A stretch of DNA of 64,000 nucleotides, taken from NCBI GenBank assembly GCA_963826715.1, contig CAWGYA010000006.1, forward strand, positions 1-64,000. The letters run 5' to 3'. Numbering within the stretch: position 1 is the first letter of the stretch; each line of letters starts with the position of its first letter. The translations under genes and the position numbers were made by a program. This DNA comes from Candidatus Bathyarchaeota archaeon (GTDB lineage: Archaea; Thermoproteota; Bathyarchaeia; Bathyarchaeales; Bathycorpusculaceae). Shown here piece after piece: positions 31,902 through 39,462 of the stretch. Below the pieces are notes generated by a model. That model was not told the origin of the DNA and did no database searches. It was given only the letters and a program-made list of their open reading frames with translations.

Positions 31902-32222
31902 ATGGCGAAGATATCGTTCAGAAATACAGCGCAACTATATCAGTGGCAACTGTTGGAACAAGCGATTCCAAAAAGCATCCCAAGCATTCATATCAAGAAC
32001 AAAAATTTCGATTACGTTCTATTTGCTTTGGGGGCATTGTTGATTGTTGTTGGAGTCTACTTAAGCACGTATACCACAATGGAAATGGTCAATTCATCTG
32101 TTTCATTCTACAGCAGCCCAACGCCCCAAGAGGTTCATCCATATCAGGCGGCAGGCATCTTTTGCATAATCTCAGCACTTTCTTCCGTTGCAATGGCATT
32201 CTATGATATCTACCAAAAATAA
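31902..32222 (+). CDS. Small two-TM membrane protein (start uncertain)
   Basis: Two hydrophobic segments: VLFALGALLIVVGVYL and AAGIFCIISALSSVAMAF. Confidence 0.45.
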   Translation: MAKISFRNTAQLYQWQLLEQAIPKSIPSIHIKNKNFDYVLFALGALLIVVGVYLSTYTTMEMVNSSVSFYSSPTPQEVHPYQAAGIFCIISALSSVAMAFYDIYQK

Positions 32223-32736
32223 GGGCGTTGTTGCAAAAGAAATTGGAACCAACAACACGTTACCCTATTAAAAATTAGTGAAGAACCACCATTAGACCTT
32301 TTTACTGAATCCTTACCTGTATTGAACAGGATGGGCGTGAAACATGGCTGTCCTTGGGCAGGGATAATGGGCAACCATGCTTCCGCTCACCAACCATAAC
32401 AATGTTATATCAACATATTAGCTTTGCCCCTTACAATTACGGGTTAAACTCCAAAAATTGAATAAAAAATGTAAAAAAATCATTCTGTATTACTTAAAAC
32501 TTGCATTCCTAGTTGGCATCGCATTGATAATATAACCATAATTAAAAGTAAATTCAATTAAAAAAAGAAAAAGAAGAAGCAACCCCCCACCAAGTCATTT
32601 CTTCTATTGAAGAAAAATAAATCTCTTACAAATACAGCTACGCCACCATCAATTTATAAGATCATATTTTCTAGAAAAGTTTTCCTGAGTATTAATTACT
32701 GACATATCTGTAAGGTATCAAGGAGAAAAACCAAAA

Positions 32737-32934
32737 TTGACAGGCGAATTTGAGAAACAAGTTAAAAAGTTAAATCTTGACCCTAAATTCGAAAAAACAC
32801 TAATAGACATGTTCAACAAAGCCTCCGGCGAAGACCCCTGCACTAAATGCGAATCAAAAGGCGGCTGCGAGAATTTTAAATGGCACAAAAAATATCTTAA
32901 CACCGACAGCTGCAACTGCAATTGCTCTCCCTAA
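32737..32934 (+). CDS. Small Cys-rich putative metal-binding protein
   Basis: AGGAG SD; PCTKCESKGGC and a CNCNC tail; T-rich terminator after the stop. Confidence 0.65.
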   Translation: MTGEFEKQVKKLNLDPKFEKTLIDMFNKASGEDPCTKCESKGGCENFKWHKKYLNTDSCNCNCSP

Positions 32935-33213
32935 ACCCTTTTTAATTTTAGGCTACAAAAACTCTTGAATAGTTCTAAGGAGCATCCCTTTCAAGTCTTC
33001 AAAAATACAAATATCAAAATAACAAGATGGCACAGCAAGAATCTTCAAAATTATTGAAGAAAACTCATTAAAAAGACAGTTTCACATGCTTTAACAAACA
33101 CTTCTTTTATATTCCACAAATTTACTGGTATTATAATGGAAAACAAGAACCCAAGATAAGAGCACACTTAAATGGGTTAAACAATAAGCAACAGAGCATT
33201 TTGCGGTGAGGAG

Positions 33214-34224
33214 CTGAAAAATACGCCTAAAATAATTGAAGTTAAAGACCTTGTTTTAGTTTACTCCGATGGAACAAAAGCAGTTAACGACATTTCATTT
33301 GATGTACAAGAAGGCGAATTCTTCGGTTTCCTCGGTCCAAACGGCGCTGGAAAAAGCACCACCATCAAAATATTAACAACCCTACTCAAAAAAACCTCAG
33401 GAACCGTAACAATTGCAGGGTATGACCTCGATAAAAATCCATCAGATATCCGCAAAATAATAGGCGTTCAAAGCCAAGAAACCACCTTAGATGGAGATCT
33501 TACAGGCAGAGAAAATATTGAGTTACAAGGGCACTTCCAGCAAATGAAAACAAGCGAAATCAAACAACGAGCAAACGAACTAATGAACCTAGTCGGACTG
33601 GAATCCGCAGCTAATAGACGCGCCAGAAACTATTCTGGAGGCATGAAAAAAAGGCTCGATTTAGCTACTGCCCTAGTTCACAAACCTAAACTACTCTTCT
33701 TGGATGAACCAACAACAGGTTTAGATCCCCAATCACGCGCAACCATTTGGACTTACTTAGACAAACTAAACAAGGAAGAGGGAATAACAATTTTTTTGAC
33801 TACCCAATACCTTGAAGAAGCAGACAAACTATGCAAACGACTTTCCATAATCGACTATGGCAAAATAGTAGCCAGCGGCTCTCCTGCCGAGCTTAAAAAC
33901 CAAATTGGAGCAGATTCCATTCGCCTTTCCCTAGAAAACTGCAAAAAAGACAATGCTAAAACAAAAGAAATCATCAAGAGTATGAACGGCGTAACTGACG
34001 TCTTAGACTCAGAGGAATGTTTAACTATTTACGCAAAGAACGCAGGCCAATTAGTCGCAGATATTGTACGAGCACTGGACAGCAGCGATATCCGACTCAA
34101 ATCAGTCACATTCTCTTCGCCGTCCCTTGATGACGTTTTCATGAAACATACTGGCAGGCGCATAAGAGCAGAAGAACACGTTAAAGCTCCAAGCGCTACA
34201 TCTGGAGGATTTGGGAGGAGATAA
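33214..34224 (+). CDS. DrrA-like ABC exporter ATPase (non-canonical CTG or ACG start)
   Basis: Frame is open from 33214 and includes Walker A GPNGAGKST upstream of the track's ATG 33544; GGTGAGGAG SD. Confidence 0.88.
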   Translation: MKNTPKIIEVKDLVLVYSDGTKAVNDISFDVQEGEFFGFLGPNGAGKSTTIKILTTLLKKTSGTVTIAGYDLDKNPSDIRKIIGVQSQETTLDGDLTGRENIELQGHFQQMKTSEIKQRANELMNLVGLESAANRRARNYSGGMKKRLDLATALVHKPKLLFLDEPTTGLDPQSRATIWTYLDKLNKEEGITIFLTTQYLEEADKLCKRLSIIDYGKIVASGSPAELKNQIGADSIRLSLENCKKDNAKTKEIIKSMNGVTDVLDSEECLTIYAKNAGQLVADIVRALDSSDIRLKSVTFSSPSLDDVFMKHTGRRIRAEEHVKAPSATSGGFGRR

Positions 34225-34226
34225 AA

Positions 34227-35000
34227 ATGACCTTACTTTCTGACACAAGATACATTTTCATAAGGTACATGAAAAAACTCATCCGAACCCCTATCCTGCT
34301 TTTCTTTTCACTCTTTCAACCTATCCTATTTCTAGTGCTTTTCACACAACTACTCACAAGACTTAGTAATTTCCCAGGCATATTGCCCCCCGGAGTTAGC
34401 TATTTAGAGTTTGCAACAGCAGGAATTTTGATGCAAAACGCATTTGGAAGCGCATTACAATCAGGAAACTCCATAGTCGCCGATATTGATACGGGCTATC
34501 TACAAAAAATGCTCGTGACACCATTGAGCCGCCCAGCAATTCTTTTAGGACGACTAAGCAGCGATGCCTTCAGAGTAGTCGTACAATCAGCCATAATCTT
34601 GGGACTATCATACGCGTTAGGTGCCTATGTCACAACCGGCATTCTCGGAATTCTGGGAATATTCTTCACTCTTGCATTCTTTGGACTTGCTTGGTCAGGA
34701 ATTTCCCTATTTTTGGGTATGAAAACAAGAAGTTCTGAAACAGTTTTCGCAATAGGCGGAATCTTAACCTTTCCATTGCTTTTCTTGAGCCCTGCATTAT
34801 TTCCAATTGACTTCCTACCTGAATGGGTTAGAACCGTCTCCATGTTTAACCCTGTAAGCTACGCGGTGAACGCTAGCAGGGCATTCATGATTACCGGCTA
34901 CGATTGGGGGACGATACTTCCAGCTTGGGGAGTAATCGGGCTTGTCGCCTTGATAACGCTGAGCGCCACATTATACCAATTCAGAAAAGTAGTCAGCTAA
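34227..35000 (+). CDS. DrrB-like ABC-2 permease
   Basis: LFQPILFLVLF, DIDTGYLQKMLVTP, NPVSYAV. Confidence 0.9.
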   Translation: MTLLSDTRYIFIRYMKKLIRTPILLFFSLFQPILFLVLFTQLLTRLSNFPGILPPGVSYLEFATAGILMQNAFGSALQSGNSIVADIDTGYLQKMLVTPLSRPAILLGRLSSDAFRVVVQSAIILGLSYALGAYVTTGILGILGIFFTLAFFGLAWSGISLFLGMKTRSSETVFAIGGILTFPLLFLSPALFPIDFLPEWVRTVSMFNPVSYAVNASRAFMITGYDWGTILPAWGVIGLVALITLSATLYQFRKVVS

Positions 35001-35373
35001 AAGAAACAAGAAACGCTGATTGAATGCATGCGAAGACAATAACTCGAGTAGCCAATTGATACCCTAAGAAAAACTCTAATAATCCAGTCGGTTCCTTAAA
35101 ATGCCACCAACAAAGCTGAAAAAATCCTAAAAAACAAAACGCACATACACAAACGAAAACGCTTTTCTAAAAAACTATGAAAAATTGCGTTGTTCATAGC
35201 AAATTAACACATTTATGTCAAAAACCAAAATCGAACAACTGAACTCTTGGACAAAATTGACCACACACACCACACAAATGTCTCAAAAATTTAAATCAAA
35301 GCCCATATATGTAAGGCAATTGACCATTTTTTGCACAAAACCACCTATATTTCGCCACTGTACATTATATATT

Positions 35374-35592
35374 GTAGGCCGGGAAGTACGCTTTAAATGC
35401 GATGCACCAAGGCAAAGAGTGAATCGATCAAAACAGCGAAAAATCGATTCGCGACTAAAAATCTGCTTTGATGGGCTGAAACAGCACGTTGCAGTAAGGC
35501 TTGAGCGACAGGGTCAAAACGGTGAAAGACCCCGAAGCGGCAAAGAAAAGTCTTAATGGACCGCACAACACTAAGGCTTAGACCCGGCCTGC
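35374..35592 (+). ncRNA. Putative ~220-nt structured non-coding RNA of unknown class
   Basis: Closing stem GTAGGCCGGG/CCCGGCCTGC, seven internal helices (several with plus-strand G-U pairs), potential pseudoknot, TATA-like TATATT at 35346-35351, T-rich 3' flank. Confidence 0.7.
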
Positions 35593-35612
35593 TCTTCTAA
35601 TTATTTTACCTA

Positions 35613-36146
35613 TCAACCAAATTTTTTAACGATCTCTTTAATAACATTAAAGTTCCGTGTAGTTGCCTTCAATCCCAGCGTCTTCTCCAAAAAAGGGTTA
35701 GGTAAGGCACCTTCACCTCCACCATGAGTAACACTGAACACCTCTGAGGTTTCATACGAGATTATTTCAGCTGTAGATCTTGGAATAATTCGGGGAAGCG
35801 AAAGCGGAAAAATATTTGGCATAGAGTCAGTGAAGGTTACCAGAAAACTTGAACCCTCACTCTGTTGACCTTGAAATGGGTTTAATTCAATGATAAATTT
35901 TAACCGAGATATGGTTCTAAGAAAAATAGGAACATCATAACCCAAGATTTTTTTAAGGCAGCACTCAATTTCAGCTTTAATCACCCAGCTGTTTTCTACT
36001 TGAGTTTTAAAAATTACATTCCCGCTTTGCTTATAGGTTGAAACTTCAAGGTACCCCAAACTTTGGAAAGCTTTTTTCAGTATATCTTTAGTTACGATGT
36101 GTCCGCCGACATTGATTCCACGCAAAAAAGCTATGTAACAGGTCAT
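35613..36146 (-). CDS. DUF1697 family protein
   Basis: YIAFLRGINVGG, TYKQSGNV, ATTRNFN. Confidence 0.9.
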   Translation of the reverse strand: MTCYIAFLRGINVGGHIVTKDILKKAFQSLGYLEVSTYKQSGNVIFKTQVENSWVIKAEIECCLKKILGYDVPIFLRTISRLKFIIELNPFQGQQSEGSSFLVTFTDSMPNIFPLSLPRIIPRSTAEIISYETSEVFSVTHGGGEGALPNPFLEKTLGLKATTRNFNVIKEIVKKFG

Positions 36147-36373
36147 AAAGAAAGCTTTAGCATTATATAGTAATAAAACTGCCTCAAAACTTCAAAAAAA
36201 AGTTGCCGCAAACATAATCAATGAACTATAACCCCAGAAACCCTTCAATGAACAATACATAATTCTTCGAAGAAAAAAGAAAAACAGAAAGCTAAAATTC
36301 AGACGAATTTATTGTAAGTTTTTTGGCTGCTTCTTTGGCAATGACTAAAATCATTTTACAAATCCTTAATCGT

Positions 36374-36469
36374 TTAAGGAGTTATTTCCTCAGAGTCTTT
36401 TTTGGCTTCCTTAGCAGTTTTTTCCTTACCACCATAGTAATAGTTCATTTTCTTTTTATCCTCAGTCAA
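36374..36469 (-). CDS. Putative 31-aa charged small protein
   Basis: GGTGA SD then TTG: MTEDKKKMNYYYGGKEKTAKEAKKDSEEITP*. Confidence 0.4.
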   Translation of the reverse strand: MTEDKKKMNYYYGGKEKTAKEAKKDSEEITP

Positions 36470-36547
36470 ACAACTTCACCTTTAATTTAATGCAGAATAC
36501 TTCCGCTAATTAAGATATGTGACTACATCAAGCTACCAATAACTTCC

Positions 36548-37291
36548 CTACATAATCGTATAACCGCCATCAGACACAATAGTTTGCCCAGTGATGAAAC
36601 TCGCTTGAGCACTAACCAAAAACAGAACCAACGAAGCAATATCCGATGGATTACCCATCCGCCCAAGCGGAATCCCCCTAACTATTTGACTATACATTGC
36701 TTGATTTGCTTCAACTCCACTAACGTCAATAGGACCAGGAGCAACTGCATTAACGTTGATACTATGCGGCGCCATCTCAAGGGCCAATGCACGAGTGAAA
36801 CCTGATATGGCTGCTTTGCTTGAGGAGTAGTGAACTAAACTGGGGAAGGCAACGAAGGGGCCTGAGATAGAGGATAAATTCACGATTTTGCCGTATTTGC
36901 GCTCAACCATTCCAGGTAGGAAAGCTTTAGTGCAGTTAAATACTCCATAGAGGTTGATTTGGATAACCCGGTCCCAGTCATCTGTGGTCATTTCAAGAAA
37001 AGGCTTCTGGGGGTAAATTCCTGCATTATTTACCAAAACATCGATTTTCCCGAATTTCAGGTAGGCTTGGTTTTTTGCGTCCTCTACTTCGGCAACCTTT
37101 GTTACATCACATTTTATGGCGGAAACTTTTACGTTTAATGCTTCAACCGTTTTTGCTGTTTCAAAAATTGAGTCAGCAACATCGGTAACAACAATGTCCG
37201 CACCTGCCTTGGCAAGTGTGAGAGCAATTTCTTTTCCTATGCCATGCCCGGCGCCAGTAACAAGGGCGACTTTATCTGTTAAATCCAACAT
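36548..37291 (-). CDS. SDR-family (FabG-like) oxidoreductase
   Basis: TGAGHGIG, NNAG, YSSSK, VNAVAPG. Confidence 0.92.
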   Translation of the reverse strand: MLDLTDKVALVTGAGHGIGKEIALTLAKAGADIVVTDVADSIFETAKTVEALNVKVSAIKCDVTKVAEVEDAKNQAYLKFGKIDVLVNNAGIYPQKPFLEMTTDDWDRVIQINLYGVFNCTKAFLPGMVERKYGKIVNLSSISGPFVAFPSLVHYSSSKAAISGFTRALALEMAPHSINVNAVAPGPIDVSGVEANQAMYSQIVRGIPLGRMGNPSDIASLVLFLVSAQASFITGQTIVSDGGYTIM

Positions 37292-37354
37292 AAAAATACC
37301 TCAAAAGAAAATAAAAAGAACTAACTATTTTAGCTTTGCCACAAACAGCTTACG

Positions 37355-37606
37355 CTAAATTAAATTACCCACAACTTTCATGCGTTCCAGGACTTCTTCG
37401 CTATGCGGCGCGATCTCTATTATCTCAGTTAGATCTTCGCCCGCCATATGTCCAAGGTGCTCACCATCGCCCCATTGCAAAGAATCAGTTACATCGTATA
37501 CCTTACCTTTGAAGCCCACATAGGCCGGTTTACCGTTTTTTCCATTGAACTGAGCTAACTCAGCCTCTGAAAAAGTCTTATTTTCAACCATTTTATAATC
37601 TCCCAA
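37355..37606 (-). CDS. Cytochrome b5-like heme/steroid-binding protein
   Basis: ELAQFNGKNGKPAYVGFKGKVYDVT...H..H.AGEDLT...APH. Confidence 0.88.
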   Translation of the reverse strand: MGDYKMVENKTFSEAELAQFNGKNGKPAYVGFKGKVYDVTDSLQWGDGEHLGHMAGEDLTEIIEIAPHSEEVLERMKVVGNLI

Positions 37607-37747
37607 TTAATTGTATGAGAACTTTTGGGTGTAATAAAACCTTCTGTAATTGAACAGGGCGTCAAAAATATCTTGATTCAAGTCCATCTTGTAAAAGAAA
37701 AATCTTTTTACATCCGAAAGCCTACTGGAATTTGGAGAATACCACTT

Positions 37748-38458
37748 TTGTCAAGCGCCCCATCTGAATCAACGCATGATACTTCAATCAATGTCATCAA
37801 GAATGGACCATACCTCGTAAAAGGAAATGTACCCCTCTATGAAATGATCATCAAATGCGGTGAAGGAAATATCCCCTCAGAATGGAAAATTGGCAAAAGG
37901 TTCAACACCTCCAAAACCTATACTCTATGCAGATGCGGCCACAGCAAAAACAAACCTTTCTGCGACGGTACTCACGCCAAAATCAATTTTGATGGAACAG
38001 AAACCAACCCAAACACCCCCTTTGACCAGATAGCAAAACAAATCGATGGCCCAAAACTGTTGCTAAAAGACGCAGAGGTTCTCTGTGCCTCCGCCCGCTT
38101 CTGCCACAGAGGGGGCGACATCTGGGATCAAATCCCCAAGTCAGATAACCCCCTTTTAAAGGAAAATAGCATTCGTAACGCTTCCGACTGCCCCTCAGGT
38201 CGTCTGGTTCTCATGGATAAAGAAACAGAAAAAATACTGGAACCGGTGCTTGAGAAATCAATCGGAGCCATATTGGATCCAAATGTTGGCACTGAAGGAC
38301 CGCTATGGGTTAGAGGCGGAATTCCAGTTTTCTCCGCTGATGGGAAACCCTATCAGGTTCGCAACCGCATAACACTATGTCGTTGCGGAAAATCAACTAA
38401 CAAACCATTTTGTGACAGTAGCCATTACCCAGAAGAGTACCAAGAGGTGAAACGATGA
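37748..38458 (+). CDS. Dual CDGSH iron-sulfur protein with a central ferredoxin-like domain
   Basis: LCRCGHSKNKPFCDGTH, CASARFC...CPSG, LCRCGKSTNKPFCDSSH; TTG 37748 follows GGAGA. Confidence 0.88.
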   Translation: MSSAPSESTHDTSINVIKNGPYLVKGNVPLYEMIIKCGEGNIPSEWKIGKRFNTSKTYTLCRCGHSKNKPFCDGTHAKINFDGTETNPNTPFDQIAKQIDGPKLLLKDAEVLCASARFCHRGGDIWDQIPKSDNPLLKENSIRNASDCPSGRLVLMDKETEKILEPVLEKSIGAILDPNVGTEGPLWVRGGIPVFSADGKPYQVRNRITLCRCGKSTNKPFCDSSHYPEEYQEVKR

Positions 38459-38775
38459 AACAAAACGAAAAAAACGAAGTTGAAATTGAAGAAAAATTGA
38501 AAAACAAAGACAAAGCCTACGTGCTATTCTATGCATCTTGGTGTCCTCATTCTCAGCGGTTTCTACCCATTTTTGAGGAGTATTCTAAAACAAATCCTGA
38601 TGAATGCATGAGCATTATGATTGATTCCAAACCTGATGTGTGCGACAGATATGATATAGAGTATTACCCCACCGTGCTGCTTTTTAGAAAAGGGAAAGTA
38701 CAAAAAAGGCTCGACGCAAAACCAGGAGTTGGATTAACTAAACAGCAACTCTATGAACTTACAGCTAACCCATAA
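38455..38775 (+). CDS. Thioredoxin-family protein (WCPHS, monothiol)
   Basis: FYASWCPHS, YPT cis-Pro motif. Confidence 0.85.
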   Translation: MKQNEKNEVEIEEKLKNKDKAYVLFYASWCPHSQRFLPIFEEYSKTNPDECMSIMIDSKPDVCDRYDIEYYPTVLLFRKGKVQKRLDAKPGVGLTKQQLYELTANP

Positions 38776-38920
38776 ATGAGGTTTGCTTGAGTTCTTTTTC
38801 CAATTTTCTTTGGAATTAATTTTTACGCTATTTAAGTTAGGGCTTTGAAGATCCTCTTTTGGCGTTTCCTACAAGCTTTTTGTTTATTACATGGAGAAAT
38901 AAAAAAAGACCAAAGAAAAA

Positions 38921-39313
38921 TTAATGCATTAGCTCTGCTTCTGCGGGCAACGGAACTTTACTGTAGATTATATTGCTGATATGGTTAGTTTCTTCTTTTT
39001 GAGCATAACAGTTACAAAGCACTTTTTTTTCTGGTTCATCCACTTTCAATTTACATTCATGCAACATCTTAAAGGTCGTTAATTTAATAGCGTCAGCCAA
39101 GCGGAACCAAACGGTATATTGACCTTGCTCGTCCTTAACAATAGCAACTATATCCGATTGCATCTTGCCAGATTGATGAACATACTCTCTTATTGTTTGA
39201 TTATGCGGCACTAAAACCTTCAACTTCAAGGTGTTATACTTGCAGTTCCAACAGGTGTTTTCCGTGAATAGTTCCCCTCTCAGGTGCCCTTTAGGCTTCC
39301 AGTATAATAACAT
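38921..39313 (-). CDS. Hypothetical protein with Cys motifs
   Basis: 130-aa ATG ORF with CWNC and CNC. Confidence 0.5.
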   Translation of the reverse strand: MLLYWKPKGHLRGELFTENTCWNCKYNTLKLKVLVPHNQTIREYVHQSGKMQSDIVAIVKDEQGQYTVWFRLADAIKLTTFKMLHECKLKVDEPEKKVLCNCYAQKEETNHISNIIYSKVPLPAEAELMH

Positions 39314-39462
39314 TTTTTGAGAACGCTAATTTGCTTGATTGTGAACCACATTTGACAAAACTTTAAACACCAAAAACCTTCTTCAAGCAAAACGTCTTAA
39401 CCTCGTCAAGCATGTAACTAATTTTCAACTTCAACCTAACAAACAATAAACGCCGAATACCC

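Noticed and set aside
35215-35556. 113-aa ORF in the track
   Set aside because: No recognisable motif; it overlaps the structured RNA candidate and is probably a shadow ORF
35374-35592. Calling the RNA SRP RNA or canonical RNase P RNA
   Set aside because: The 5' AGGCCGGG resembles SRP, but the helix-8 CAGG...GGAA...AGCA motif is missing; the canonical RNase P GAGGAAAGUCC and domain order are also missing
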